The notes beneath the pieces are model-generated. The model did no database searches, was not told the DNA's origin, and saw nothing but the letters and a program-made list of their open reading frames with translations. The position numbers were made by a program, and so were the translations under genes. Source: a virus (lineage: Duplodnaviria > Caudoviricetes). Taken from it: 33,104 nt of DNA. Shown here piece by piece: positions 1-10,023 of the stretch (position 1 is its first letter; each line of letters begins with the position of its first letter). The stretch covers positions 1-33,104 of IMG/VR virus record IMGVR_UViG_3300005932_000012. One strand, given 5' to 3'.

Positions 1-1
1 C

Positions 2-154
2 GCCATTGGCGTTTACCGGTACACCGTTGAGGTGGAGGGCGAATTCATCTTTTTCGATTATGTCGGAGACGAATGCGCCATCTTCCACCTGGATGGTACG
101 CGTGGTTTGCGCATCATCGAATAGCGTGTCCAATCGGTGTATCAGGATATCCAC
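2..154 (-). CDS. 5' part of a tail-tip/host-specificity protein (lambda gpI/gpJ position), truncated by the window edge
   Basis: Manual translation from GTG at 154 gives MDILIHRLDTLFDDAQTTRTIQVEDGAFVSDIIEKDEFALHLNGVPVNANG..., open to the edge. It overlaps the end of the NlpC/P60 gene; the function is assigned by synteny. Confidence 0.55.
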   Translation of the reverse strand, partial: MDILIHRLDTLFDDAQTTRTIQVEDGAFVSDIIEKDEFALHLNGVPVNANG

Positions 155-528
155 TGGTAAACCCCCTTCAATCGATGTTTGATGCGGGAAATTGGTGATA
201 TGACCACGCCGATCGGGTCTCTGCTGTGTATGACCTTGCCATCGTAAAGGATACCGACATGCGAAAACGCACCTTTGAAGGTGACTACATAAAGTGTAGC
301 AGGGTCTGTGGCCATAAGCAATACCGCGTGCCATTGGTCGGGTATGCTGGAAATACTACCGTTGCGGTAATCGGGGAGTTCGATGCCACGGGATCGGTAC
401 AGGTGCATGACCAGACCCCAGCAGTCGATACCGGTTTTCGGATCACTGCCCCCGTGTAGATAGGGGGAACCCAGCAATCCAAGTACCGGATCAACCTGCT
501 TCTGATGCAGGGCTTCCGCCAAAAGCAT
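142..528 (-). CDS. NlpC/P60-family tail assembly protein (lambda gpK-like)
   Basis: GSPY..GG....GIDCWGLV (catalytic Cys), HVGI and VIHS motifs; lies after the gpL-like gene; GGAG upstream of the ATG. Confidence 0.88.
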   Translation of the reverse strand: MLLAEALHQKQVDPVLGLLGSPYLHGGSDPKTGIDCWGLVMHLYRSRGIELPDYRNGSISSIPDQWHAVLLMATDPATLYVVTFKGAFSHVGILYDGKVIHSRDPIGVVISPISRIKHRLKGVYQWIS

Positions 529-1363
529 CTTCGTTCTCCATTATATTGGTACAGTAGTCCAACGTCTTCACGCAGACGGCTTTGACGGTTACTCCAGCGG
601 TCTCCTCGTTCGTCAGGGTGTAGTCAGTGGTAACAACTAAGATGTTAGCCCCGGCGTTGCTGGCGACCTTGTAATTCCCGTCGTTTGAGTCCGATCCGGA
701 TACGTTGATGAACATCCCCACACATAACTCTGCGGCACTAGAAGCTAATTGGATGGTCTGCGCGGAGTATGGGGAACCGAATCTAGTTAATCCGGTAACG
801 GATGCACCAGTGTATGCACAGTTGATACCACGGAACAGGTGGCGGCACATGCGTGTTGAGTACCTGTCAGGTGGGAACGATCGGCGAAGCGGGTGTGGAA
901 ACCCGAGAGTTAACTCTACCCAGTATGGGCCAGTGGTCGCAGATAGTATCTGAGATGCTACTTCGATTTCCGCATCTGTTTCATCGAGGTGCTTGGAGTT
1001 GACGAGATACAGTGTCACGGTGTTGCCAATACAACCGGCGTTGGTGTGCAGATAGGTGTCAAGCAGGTGTGCAACGTTTGCTACGCGGAGTTTGAACTGC
1101 TGGATTTCTCCAGCGGAAGAGTCTGTGCGTTGGCCAAGTTCCAGAGGGTATGCGGTCCATGTGTTGCCTGTAGAGCCTGGGAAGTCTGCATCGTGTTCAA
1201 GCCCGGTACCGCTTCCGGTGTATGGCCATGCTACATTTTCGTTGTTGGAGCAAATGCGAATGGTGGTGCTGGCGACTTCCAGTTTGACGAGCCATATCCA
1301 GGCACCAGCAGTGGCGACCGCGTTTTTTTCAACTATGCCGTCGGCTGAGATGTCGCGTGGCAT
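491..1363 (-). CDS. Tail tip/hub protein (lambda gpL-like, C-terminal Cys cluster)
   Basis: CRHLFRGINCAY...CVKTLDYC..FGG four-Cys pattern typical of gpL-type Fe-S proteins; lies between the distal tail and NlpC/P60 genes; GGAGG RBS. Confidence 0.8.
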   Translation of the reverse strand: MPRDISADGIVEKNAVATAGAWIWLVKLEVASTTIRICSNNENVAWPYTGSGTGLEHDADFPGSTGNTWTAYPLELGQRTDSSAGEIQQFKLRVANVAHLLDTYLHTNAGCIGNTVTLYLVNSKHLDETDAEIEVASQILSATTGPYWVELTLGFPHPLRRSFPPDRYSTRMCRHLFRGINCAYTGASVTGLTRFGSPYSAQTIQLASSAAELCVGMFINVSGSDSNDGNYKVASNAGANILVVTTDYTLTNEETAGVTVKAVCVKTLDYCTNIMENEDAFGGSPASEAG

Positions 1364-1364
1364 G

Positions 1365-1721
1365 TCAAACCTCCCGTAGACTGAACTTGATGATCCAGAA
1401 CTCGTCTGTACTGCCGTGACTTTTGATTTCCGGTATGCCGGGGGCGAACCGCACAGTGTACGATACGGAGTTGACCGCGTTTGTCCATGTGAATGATTCG
1501 GCTGAACCCGCTCGGGCTTCCCAGAATTCCCAGAAGGTGGTTTTGTCAGCAGTGGCGACAGCGGTGTGCTCGACAGTGAATGCGGACAGCATGTAGGTAC
1601 TACGGGCGCGGGTGATGTCCGGGCCGGAATCCGTTTTTACGGACATGCCAAGGTCTTGGGTGGCGGAGTCCCGATAAACGGTCATGTTATCGTAATCAGA
1701 TAGGGACGGAAAGGTAGCCAT
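1365..1721 (-). CDS. Distal tail protein (lambda gpM-like)
   Basis: 118 aa immediately after the tape measure gene; FWEARAGSAESFTW...YTVRF...LREV pattern. Confidence 0.8.
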   Translation of the reverse strand: MATFPSLSDYDNMTVYRDSATQDLGMSVKTDSGPDITRARSTYMLSAFTVEHTAVATADKTTFWEFWEARAGSAESFTWTNAVNSVSYTVRFAPGIPEIKSHGSTDEFWIIKFSLREV

Positions 1722-4700
1722 CAGCCAATTCCAAACTCACCCAGTATTCCGCGAGCACCGTAGCTGTTGGCAAGGGTGTTAAGGGTGATGTTGACGATTC
1801 TCTGATCGAGTGCGTCGTTGTAGAAGCTGGTGGACGTAGCATCTACTGGGATACCGGATTCGTTGTAGACGTTTACTGACACGCTTCCCTCTTTACTGGA
1901 GTTGCGGGTATCCCATGCTTCAAGCTCTTTTTCATTTTTCCATGTCCATGGGAGGTTTCCGAGGGCGGATTTACCAGCGTTAACGCCACCACGGGCGCCT
2001 TCTACGAATGGGCTAATTCCAGTTGATCGTTGGCTTTGCGTACCGAACATCCAAGAAAAGGTGGATTCTGCGAGACCAGCGGACACCTGCTGAAAGAAGC
2101 TCCGTATCACGGTGTCACGGAGATTATACACAAGGGCTTTCAAGCTTTTGCCGATGCTTTGGTTTTGGAATATCAGGCCTTCGAAGAACTGATTGTAGGC
2201 GGATGTCCAACCAGTCAGGTTACTGGTCATCATCTCGTTCATCTTGGTCTGTAGCGATGTCATGTTATCTGTGACGTTTTCGGCAGCAAGCTGTGTGGTG
2301 GTCCACAGGTTTCGGTCGCGTTCCATATCGTCTGCACGTTGGGCGTTTCTGGCTTCCATGACTTTGCGATCAGCTTCAAGCTGTAGGTGTTTGCGTTTCT
2401 CTATCCGAGCAACTTCACGCTTGTTGGCCCCTTCGAGCAGTTCGTTCTTTTTATCGTTTACCACGTACAACGCATCGGATAGTTGGGTTTTGTAGTCTGC
2501 TGCAAGTCCGGCAGCATTTAAGGCTCCGCGTACTTTGGCAAGTAGTTTTTCGTTCTCAAAGCCAAGTTCACGGTAGAAATCTTCCAGACCGGCGAAAACT
2601 TGCGCCTTTTCCCCTTTTTCACCTGCTGCACCACCAGCGTAAAGTAGGTCTTTGAATGTTTGCGTCCGTGCAGACGCAGGTGTGATTCCAGCCTTTTCCA
2701 GCAGGCGTTCCCGGTTGGGCTTCAGTTCGGCTTTGATGGCGCGGATCTTTTCCAACCAGAGGGCGTGTTCGCGCCCAGTGAACCTGGCTGATTTTCCGAT
2801 GTCCTGGTAGAGTTTCAAAGTGGCTTGCAGGGTAGCTGTTGGTGTGAAACCAAGAAGCGATGCCGGGTCTTCTTTGCCACGTAGTCCGATACGCACTTTA
2901 CGCATACGAAACACGTCCATCAGGGTCAGCTTGAGTTCTTTTGCCCTACTAATGCCCACAGTCATGGTGTTTGCCATTGACTGAAGGACAGACGAAAACG
3001 TGATGCCAAACTTGGAGAGGTTCTTTCGCAGTTGTTCAGGGTTGAGCTTGAACATTTCTTCCAACTCGTCTACCTTTGTAGACTCGATTACCTTACCCAA
3101 GTCGATGATGCCCTTTTTGAGTAAGGCTACACTTGCAGTTGCACCAGTAAACTTCTTAATCGTGGAGTCCAACCAACTAAAGGATTGCTCCATCCAGTCA
3201 CTTGATTCTTGTACTTCCAGAGGGGAAAATGTAGCACCCGGTTGAAGTGCCGTGTTCGATTTATTGAGTTCCGGTATTATCCCTTGCGCAAATATCGGTT
3301 TATTGAGTGCCTCTATCATCTTTCGATGGCGTTCTATCGTTTTCGCAGCGAATTTTTCCGGAGATACGTCGTCCATTTCTGGTATGGCAAATCCGGCATC
3401 TTTATATATTTGCGCGATAGAGAGGGCCTTTTTGCTCATTCCCTTCTGATCTCTGGCTTCCGCAAGTCTGTCGTATGCGTCTTTCAGTATCGTCAATCGG
3501 CGTGTGAGGTCATAATAGGTTCGCACTTCCCGCTTTGTGTCCGTGATGTATGATTCTCGCAATGCAACCAACCCGACAAACGCCACACCCAAGGCTACTA
3601 CCGCTGCGGCAGCAATTCCCAAACCTACTATAAATGGGCCTACCATAGTCAAATTGAGTGCTACAAGAGCTTTTTGAACAGCGGCCAATCCTATTACAAA
3701 CGTACCTGCGGCACCTGCAATAGCCATGAGACCACTAGCCCCAAGCGTTGCCCACTTTATGAATGTGGGGAACTTTTGTGTGACTTTTGCCAACCCGGCT
3801 GCCATGTTTGACAAGACCTGCATCAGTGAGGTAGCGGGTCCGATGAGGAACTTACCAACCTCTACTGAAGTCTGCTCGATTTGATTGTTGAAAATACGCT
3901 GCTGGTTCGCAAAGTTATCGATGGTGCGTGCCCAATCACCCTGAGCCTCGGCGGTTTGCTCCATGATCAGTTTATAGCGGACGGCGATCTTCTGCCCCTC
4001 GGTGAGTTCTTGATTCGCTTCGATCAGCCCGGTACGCAGTGCGTAGGTTTTCGCAGTGGTTTCAGAAATGATGATACCGATGCGGCGAAGGGGTTCGACT
4101 TCACCAGCCAATCCAGCCTGAATCTTGGTAAACGCCTCTTTTTGTCCAAGGTTGTACAGGGATGCCAGATCGTTTGTGAGCATAGTTAGGGCTTTCGACA
4201 TCTCCAACGCCGCTCCACGACTTGCTCCGAGGGATTTGAGCATGATATTGAAGGTTCCCATGTACTTCATCAGCTTGAAGCGGGACAACCCGTAGGCTTC
4301 AGACAGAGAGAGGACTTCCGCTTTGGCATCAGCAAGATAGGTACCGGTGGTGCCCAACGCTACTTCAAACAGGTTGATGGTTTCTTGTGCGTCGGACGCG
4401 GTTTGTACGATGGACTTTCCAATCAATGTTGCTGAGGCAGCGGTAGCGACTCCAGCAACTCCGGCAGCGGTTGCAGTTGCAGCAAACCCCTTTGTCATGA
4501 ACGTAAAGGACTCTTTCATTTCCGCAAGTTCACGTTGACGGCCCGCTCGTAGTTTTCGGGCGTTCGCCAAACGCTTTTTGTTTCCCGTGAGTATCGCTTT
4601 GGTAAGTAGCGTATTAGCGCGGGCCATCTTGTTAGTAGACTCAAGGAAGGCTTTCCGCATTTTTCGTGAATCGGATATGCTTTCCCGGATACCCTTGGCA

Positions 4701-4771
4701 AAGCCTTTTGTGTTCAGCGTGAGTGTACCGGTGAGTGCCCCAGCAGAAAATCCTTGTGTACTGCCTGCCAT
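1721..4771 (-). CDS. Tail tape measure protein
   Basis: 1016 aa, Ala/Leu/Lys-rich and helical; GEVEPLRRIGI motif; hydrophobic mid-segment; follows the chaperone pair. Confidence 0.93.
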   Translation of the reverse strand: MAGSTQGFSAGALTGTLTLNTKGFAKGIRESISDSRKMRKAFLESTNKMARANTLLTKAILTGNKKRLANARKLRAGRQRELAEMKESFTFMTKGFAATATAAGVAGVATAASATLIGKSIVQTASDAQETINLFEVALGTTGTYLADAKAEVLSLSEAYGLSRFKLMKYMGTFNIMLKSLGASRGAALEMSKALTMLTNDLASLYNLGQKEAFTKIQAGLAGEVEPLRRIGIIISETTAKTYALRTGLIEANQELTEGQKIAVRYKLIMEQTAEAQGDWARTIDNFANQQRIFNNQIEQTSVEVGKFLIGPATSLMQVLSNMAAGLAKVTQKFPTFIKWATLGASGLMAIAGAAGTFVIGLAAVQKALVALNLTMVGPFIVGLGIAAAAVVALGVAFVGLVALRESYITDTKREVRTYYDLTRRLTILKDAYDRLAEARDQKGMSKKALSIAQIYKDAGFAIPEMDDVSPEKFAAKTIERHRKMIEALNKPIFAQGIIPELNKSNTALQPGATFSPLEVQESSDWMEQSFSWLDSTIKKFTGATASVALLKKGIIDLGKVIESTKVDELEEMFKLNPEQLRKNLSKFGITFSSVLQSMANTMTVGISRAKELKLTLMDVFRMRKVRIGLRGKEDPASLLGFTPTATLQATLKLYQDIGKSARFTGREHALWLEKIRAIKAELKPNRERLLEKAGITPASARTQTFKDLLYAGGAAGEKGEKAQVFAGLEDFYRELGFENEKLLAKVRGALNAAGLAADYKTQLSDALYVVNDKKNELLEGANKREVARIEKRKHLQLEADRKVMEARNAQRADDMERDRNLWTTTQLAAENVTDNMTSLQTKMNEMMTSNLTGWTSAYNQFFEGLIFQNQSIGKSLKALVYNLRDTVIRSFFQQVSAGLAESTFSWMFGTQSQRSTGISPFVEGARGGVNAGKSALGNLPWTWKNEKELEAWDTRNSSKEGSVSVNVYNESGIPVDATSTSFYNDALDQRIVNITLNTLANSYGARGILGEFGIG

Positions 4772-4775
4772 ATTA

Positions 4776-5084
4776 CTACCCTGCCAAAATGCTGCCCAAT
4801 TTTGCTCTGTTTCGGGCGGTGAATGTTTCGTAATCGCCGAGTGACTTGTGTTCTTCAGTTTCCAGAGTGGAAAGGTATTTACCCACCTCTTCTTTTGTAC
4901 CGTTTTGCGCCATTCCGATTACGCGAAACAGCATCTTCTCCTTTCGCACAAGTGACAGCCGAGCCGCCTGTAGCCAGATCTGGAGAACCCCGATGTGAGT
5001 GGAATGGAAATCTTTCTCCACAAACACACCGGGAAACTCAGACGCTATCAAACTGTAGGACTCGACTGGTCCGTAGGGTTTTCC
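4776..5084 (-). CDS. Tail assembly chaperone gpT portion, probably expressed as a gpGT fusion by -1 frameshift
   Basis: ORF 4776..5198 lies in the -1 frame relative to 5048..5554 and overlaps its 3' end; slippery G-GAA-AAC at 5078-5084. Confidence 0.7.
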   Translation of the reverse strand, partial: GKPYGPVESYSLIASEFPGVFVEKDFHSTHIGVLQIWLQAARLSLVRKEKMLFRVIGMAQNGTKEEVGKYLSTLETEEHKSLGDYETFTARNRAKLGSILAG

Positions 5085-5554
5085 TTGGAGATTCCCCACG
5101 CGGACGATATCTGTTCCTGTACGGATGTCCAGGTGTGCATCATGATCTTCTGCTGCAAGCGATAGTCGATATCCTTTTCGATCCGATCGATATCCCAACC
5201 CGGCATATTGTACACGGTTTCAATGAAGTGCGCAGCGGTAAATTCTGGTGCGTCATCCGGGCTGAAGACAGCGATACCCTTGACCCGACGGTCATACTCG
5301 GCCTTATCGTCACCGACCTCTTTCAGTAGGTCGGCCTTGAGTCGAGTTTCGGTTTTCTCAAGAGCTTCCGCTGCTGAGGTTTGTACCTTTTCCAAGGTGT
5401 CGCCGATAAGACGGTAGCGGGCCTCGGTCAGTAAACCGAGGGTGAAGGTGGTGTCACCGATGGAGAACCCGATTTCCGGAAAGACATCTTCCATCAGTTC
5501 GCTTGTGTTGAGTATCGCGTTGCTACTGGCCATGGTAATTCTCCCGTTGTGCAT
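5048..5554 (-). CDS. Tail assembly chaperone gpG (start likely ATG at 5533, MASSNA)
   Basis: Lies between the major tail protein and tape measure genes; GGGAG upstream of ATG 5533. Confidence 0.75.
   Translation of the reverse strand: MHNGRITMASSNAILNTSELMEDVFPEIGFSIGDTTFTLGLLTEARYRLIGDTLEKVQTSAAEALEKTETRLKADLLKEVGDDKAEYDRRVKGIAVFSPDDAPEFTAAHFIETVYNMPGWDIDRIEKDIDYRLQQKIMMHTWTSVQEQISSAWGISKENPTDQSSPTV
5078..5084 (-). other. Candidate -1 programmed ribosomal frameshift site GGAAAAC
   Basis: Minus strand TCC AAG GAA AAC CCT (SKENP) versus GGA AAA CCC TAC (GKPY) in the -1 frame, which stays open to 4776. Confidence 0.65.
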
Positions 5555-5566
5555 GTGAAAGTGCTA

Positions 5567-6235
5567 CTATTCAGCTGCAGGATTCGGAGTACCCTTGACT
5601 GCCTTGTTGTACATCAACACGTCAGTAGTGGTCAACGGTGTTCCTGCGGTATTGGCAACCGACACTGGAAATGCGTTGAACACGACGTTGATGACCTGCT
5701 GTGTTTCAAAGTCGAATGGCAATTCCATGTTCACCATCGGTGCGGCAGCCGGAATGATCCAGGTCTGTGTATCATCGGTGGAAAGGGCATTGTTGACGAA
5801 TGGAGTGATCGTCAATGCACCCATGTGACTGGTAGCCGCAGTCCCGGTGTCCTTTTTCAACCCGTAAGGGGCTTGGATATACATTTGATTGTCGGGAAGG
5901 AAAGCCTCAGTTACGACCCCTTCTACAAATTTCGCGTGAGAAAGCAATGCGGCCAACTTACCAAGACCATAGTCTTGTGGTGTGGTTGTGGCCGCGTCAT
6001 CCGGAAGCGTGAGATCGCATTCCAAACGAAGCTGTGCGCCGGTGATCAACTGGTTGACGATGGTGGTTCCAGTACGCCCTTTACGCAAGTCGGACTGCTC
6101 TTCTTCGTAGAAGATGCGGGTACCGGTGAGTGCCTCGCCGAGATCGTAGTCTACGAGGTTTTCATTCGTTGCGTCGGGGCCGTTCCAACTGAGGTTGCAC
6201 GGTCCCATATCTGTGAATGCGCCTATATTAGCCAT
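5567..6235 (-). CDS. Major tail (tube) protein
   Basis: 222 aa, beta-rich; N-terminal MGPC..W..DLG motif; synteny; GGAGG RBS. Confidence 0.8.
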   Translation of the reverse strand: MANIGAFTDMGPCNLSWNGPDATNENLVDYDLGEALTGTRIFYEEEQSDLRKGRTGTTIVNQLITGAQLRLECDLTLPDDAATTTPQDYGLGKLAALLSHAKFVEGVVTEAFLPDNQMYIQAPYGLKKDTGTAATSHMGALTITPFVNNALSTDDTQTWIIPAAAPMVNMELPFDFETQQVINVVFNAFPVSVANTAGTPLTTTDVLMYNKAVKGTPNPAAE

Positions 6236-6252
6236 GGTCTATTCCTCCGATT

Positions 6253-6678
6253 TTACGGATTGTTGATGGTTGCCCGGAAGTTCTGAACGAACTGATGCCG
6301 GGCGGACGACTCATCACGACCGATGTCGGATGGTTGTTGAATTGCGATACATGCGATAACGGTGTACGTGGCCGCCTCCGATTCGCCAGAAGTGATGTCA
6401 AAATTCGTCCTCCCGTGAAGCGCATCATTTACCAAGGCGGCCAAGTTTGCCGCAGTATAGTAGTCTGCTGCTGCTGCCAACACCTGAAAATGCCAATGGT
6501 ACTCTTGCGTGATAGTCGGTTCACGAGTACCGCCATAGGGCGAACTGAGTAAGACATACGTTGCACCAGAATCAATCGACGTAGGCGGATACCCGGCATA
6601 CAGGTTTTTCGATGCGCCTGTTACCGAGACCCCGGTAACGTTATCAGATACCCATTTCGTCATTGCCTTGATGAACAT
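6253..6678 (-). CDS. Tail terminator / tail completion protein
   Basis: 141 aa before the tube gene; FQVLA...AA.LA..V.DALH and DIGRDE..RH.FV.NF pattern. Confidence 0.75.
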   Translation of the reverse strand: MFIKAMTKWVSDNVTGVSVTGASKNLYAGYPPTSIDSGATYVLLSSPYGGTREPTITQEYHWHFQVLAAAADYYTAANLAALVNDALHGRTNFDITSGESEAATYTVIACIAIQQPSDIGRDESSARHQFVQNFRATINNP

Positions 6679-6680
6679 GG

Positions 6681-7181
6681 TTACCCCTTCAGTTCCTTCT
6701 TGATCGCGTCTGCGATTATTTGGAAGTAGGTCTTGCCACGACCAAACAATTTTGCTTCAAGAAACTTGTTGCCAGCACCTGATCGTTTGAAGTTTGCCGG
6801 TACTTCATGATGACGGGCTGCGTACTTGGTGAACATCGCATACACCCCGACGATACTTCCTTGCATTGCCGCACCACCAATGCCTACAGATACCGTTTTA
6901 CCCTCTTCACCAGCAGACGGTAACTCTTGCGGTGGCTGCTGTGTGGCATCGTTGTGGCCAACCGGGAGTGCTTGTGGCTCCGATGCCAGCTTACCATCTA
7001 CGTAAAGGCCAGTGTTCGCCCGTAGTGTTCCCTCATCCAGTGGCACTTTCGGCTCGATGTTGTCAACGTCGTTATCCAGTTGAAGCAACGCCTGAAGCAT
7101 ACCATTGCGTGCACCTTTGACCGTTTTGGCCACCGATTTTTTCATACCACGGTCGAAATCCGAGGTGTCGAAATCAGACAA
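6681..7181 (-). CDS. Neck/tail-completion protein (HK97 gp10-like position)
   Basis: VPLDEGTLR..YAARHHE..G.KFLE motif typical of this morphogenesis family. Confidence 0.78.
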   Translation of the reverse strand: MSDFDTSDFDRGMKKSVAKTVKGARNGMLQALLQLDNDVDNIEPKVPLDEGTLRANTGLYVDGKLASEPQALPVGHNDATQQPPQELPSAGEEGKTVSVGIGGAAMQGSIVGVYAMFTKYAARHHEVPANFKRSGAGNKFLEAKLFGRGKTYFQIIADAIKKELKG

Positions 7182-7488
7182 AGAACACCTCTCTATCCGT
7201 CATGTTCCACGCCCCGAGATCGCGTATCAGTCGAATGGTATAAACATCCGTATACTTGCCACTGGCGAACCCAAACGCTACACGCATAAGTGGCGTAATA
7301 GCAATCTGCGTGGTAATACCGATCTTGCCTGTCATCGTGGTCAACTCACCCTGAAAGTCTGACAGTATCCGTTTCTGGAAATCGACCATTACACGGGCTG
7401 CCACTACTGAAGTTGTTGTGATCTCACCAAAGTCAGACACCCCATCGGTAAGAAACCACGCATCGCGGTTAGCATAACTTTCCATCAT
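7174..7488 (-). CDS. Putative head closure/stopper protein
   Basis: 104 aa, beta-rich; synteny within the head-tail joining cluster. Confidence 0.55.
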   Translation of the reverse strand: MMESYANRDAWFLTDGVSDFGEITTTSVVAARVMVDFQKRILSDFQGELTTMTGKIGITTQIAITPLMRVAFGFASGKYTDVYTIRLIRDLGAWNMTDREVFFV

Positions 7489-8444
7489 GACGTGACCCCA
7501 AGTTTCTTCTTGTAGTCGGCGAAACTGGTCACCACATCGTCAGAGTTGCTAAAGTCCATCAAGGCATCGTATTGTGGCAATTCCCTTATGGCCGACTCAG
7601 TCCACCAGAGATACGAGCAGACGCAATTCGGGTGAAGCGGGAACCTGACCGCCAATCGTGGAAACCGTTTATCATGTCCAGATAGCGAATACACCTTACC
7701 GGAATACGGCTGACATTTCGGACACGCCGCATCGTGAACATCGATCTGCACCAAGTCTAACCCAGCATTCACACCGGTTAGCAGCATTGCCTGATTCGCC
7801 GCAGCTTTAATCCGGGTGCGCGTTACCATCTCAGCGTAGTACTCTACGTCGTAAACTCGACCAGCCGAATCGACAACTTTACCGTCGGATATCCTGGTCT
7901 TCAAATCACTAACGATACCGGAACTGATATCCCGTCGGCGCGCACCGGTACCTAAACCATCGGCAATCTTTTTCGTGATCCGGTCATTCTGCGTCACCCT
8001 CTGCTGTGCTGCCAGGGTGTACTGACTGGTGTACTTCTTCATACCCGCCACATTGTTCAACAAATCCAGAGTCAGTTGCATGGCGGTGGTTGCTGAGGAC
8101 GACGTGATAGCCGTTGAGGTCAACTTTGGGATAGTTGTCACACCCAATAACTGGAGACGTTTCTTGGCTACACTGTGACCGATGCGCGCCGAGTTATCGA
8201 TAGCTTTCGCCGCAACCTTGCGCGTCTTGGCATTCAGTAGGCGTAACTCGTTTTCCAAGTTTGCCAGAATGCCGGAAAAGTATGCTCGACGTGGATCGGT
8301 CGTTTTCATACCGAGGGAGATGGAGCGGAGCCTACCCCATGCTGCCACATATATCGCCACGATCGCTGCGACGGTTTCCTCTTGGCTGAGGTCTCCGGCT
8401 ACCGATTGTAGATCCGTTGACGGTTTACGTAGTGGCATCTTCAT
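7485..8444 (-). CDS. Minor head morphogenesis protein (SPP1 gp7 / MuF-like)
   Basis: D.AGR.Y..EYYAEMVTRT and H..ACPKC.PY.GKVYS...PLHPNCVC motifs. Confidence 0.88.
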   Translation of the reverse strand: MKMPLRKPSTDLQSVAGDLSQEETVAAIVAIYVAAWGRLRSISLGMKTTDPRRAYFSGILANLENELRLLNAKTRKVAAKAIDNSARIGHSVAKKRLQLLGVTTIPKLTSTAITSSSATTAMQLTLDLLNNVAGMKKYTSQYTLAAQQRVTQNDRITKKIADGLGTGARRRDISSGIVSDLKTRISDGKVVDSAGRVYDVEYYAEMVTRTRIKAAANQAMLLTGVNAGLDLVQIDVHDAACPKCQPYSGKVYSLSGHDKRFPRLAVRFPLHPNCVCSYLWWTESAIRELPQYDALMDFSNSDDVVTSFADYKKKLGVTS

Positions 8445-8865
8445 CCCTCGCGACGTAGATCAAGTATGCGTAGTCGGCGTTTACCAAGTCACCCAGGTAA
8501 CCGGAGGCGCGTGGTGCCAGTATGATCGATGCAACCTGATCGTAGGGGCGGTATTCCTCTTTGAAAATACCGGCTTTCGTGACACCTTGGGCTTGGAGTG
8601 CCAATCTCCGGTCGACGGCTGACCCCTGCTGCAGATACATCAATGCCTGTTCGGACTGTGCCCACCCCATTTCATCGGTGGCTGTGGTGGGAAAACTGAA
8701 CAACCCCGGTGCATTCAGATCCCTGTAGGCTTGGATCAGTGTGGCAGACTTTGCCGCATCTGTAGTCGCAATCCAGAGGCCTTCCACGTCATACCGCTCA
8801 TCGGTAAAGTAGGTGTCAGCCTCGACCAGTGTGATCCATGAATTTGTGCCTACATCGATCGACAT
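8425..8865 (-). CDS. Head-tail adaptor (DnaT-like / SPP1 gp15 position)
   Basis: NSWITLVEADTYF...K.A.L.QA..L motif; directly after the major capsid gene. Confidence 0.78.
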   Translation of the reverse strand: MSIDVGTNSWITLVEADTYFTDERYDVEGLWIATTDAAKSATLIQAYRDLNAPGLFSFPTTATDEMGWAQSEQALMYLQQGSAVDRRLALQAQGVTKAGIFKEEYRPYDQVASIILAPRASGYLGDLVNADYAYLIYVARDEDATT

Positions 8866-8884
8866 TTAGCGTCTCCAGTGTGTG

Positions 8885-8957
8885 GAGGCACCTGATACCC
8901 CAACGGGAAAGTATCAGATGCCCCTCTATACGCGGGGTAAAGTGAGAAACCCCCGCG
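8885..8957 (-). terminator. Two tandem hairpins downstream of the major capsid gene (mRNA stabiliser or partial terminator)
   Basis: ggcacctgatac/gtatcagatgcc (8887-8922) and cgcgggg/ccccgcg (8931-8957); no clear U-tract. Confidence 0.5.
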
Positions 8958-8964
8958 ACAATAC

Positions 8965-9981
8965 CTATGCAACGGCGCAACGGACGACCTGATTGGTGTC
9001 TCCGATTGCTGCAGCATGGCGCATACTACCTACCCAGACCTGTGAGTTGGAAATAACGTCGGACTGTGTGTCAACACGAAGATTCTGACGGTTACCACCG
9101 ACCAACTTGTTCTTCGGCAAGATGACATAATACACATCAGTTGCCGAGAGCATGGTCGAGTAACGTGGGGTCACGCGGTAGGATACCGCTTTTTCAGAAC
9201 CACCGGAATCCTGATAGTTATATGTCAACGCATGCTTGATGCGAGAGTGCAAACTATAGGGGGCCAAAACGATAAACTCGGTGCCAAGACCGATTACCGT
9301 GGACGTGCCTGTCATGGCGTTGATGATCTGGAGTACTGCGGTGTTGATCGTCTTGGCATCACGTAGTGCAGCATCATCAGTAGACACGCCACCCCACCCG
9401 ACATCGCCACCAGCACCTACCTCATCGATGAGGTCATAATGGGCCTGGGCACGATCTTGTGCCGCCTTGTTGCGGAAGTCGGTCGACTGGTCTTCGAGAT
9501 CGTAGAACTCATTGTCTTCCAGTTCGGTGAGATCCCACCCGAGGCCACCGGTGTACCGGTCGAACTTCACGTACATCTGCTCACCAGATGCCGTGTAGAT
9601 TTTCGCGGCTTCACCGGGAACCGTGAGCGAGAAAGACAACCCGGTCTTGGTCACGTTGAGGTTGAAACCGGTCTTTTTCGTGTACGTGTAGTCACGGATA
9701 TGGAAGATTTCCTGATACGCCGTGTCATAGGTCGGCATATTCCTGAGTGTTGGCCAATTATCCAGTGCCTGTGCCGGAAAGTCACCCAGAGTTGCGGTGT
9801 GCATTGCGTGCATTCGCTGTGCGCCGATTGTGGCAATGGCGGCATCTGGCTGCTGAAGCCACTGAGTCATAGCCCCCTTGGCGTTATGCATGACCGTGGC
9901 GGATGTTGCATCACGGGGGTTGAGAACAGCGTGGCGAATTCTCGCCCATGCTGCATCATTGAATACAAAAGGGGTGTTCAT
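8965..9981 (-). CDS. Major capsid protein (HK97 fold, Mu gpT-like)
   Basis: 338 aa after the scaffold and cement genes; PGE..K..G....RY.GGL.W....EDN pattern; AGGAG RBS. Confidence 0.85.
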   Translation of the reverse strand: MNTPFVFNDAAWARIRHAVLNPRDATSATVMHNAKGAMTQWLQQPDAAIATIGAQRMHAMHTATLGDFPAQALDNWPTLRNMPTYDTAYQEIFHIRDYTYTKKTGFNLNVTKTGLSFSLTVPGEAAKIYTASGEQMYVKFDRYTGGLGWDLTELEDNEFYDLEDQSTDFRNKAAQDRAQAHYDLIDEVGAGGDVGWGGVSTDDAALRDAKTINTAVLQIINAMTGTSTVIGLGTEFIVLAPYSLHSRIKHALTYNYQDSGGSEKAVSYRVTPRYSTMLSATDVYYVILPKNKLVGGNRQNLRVDTQSDVISNSQVWVGSMRHAAAIGDTNQVVRCAVA

Positions 9982-10023
9982 TTTTATCTCCTACGATGTA
10001 AATGCTGAAGTTGCCAACCGCGA

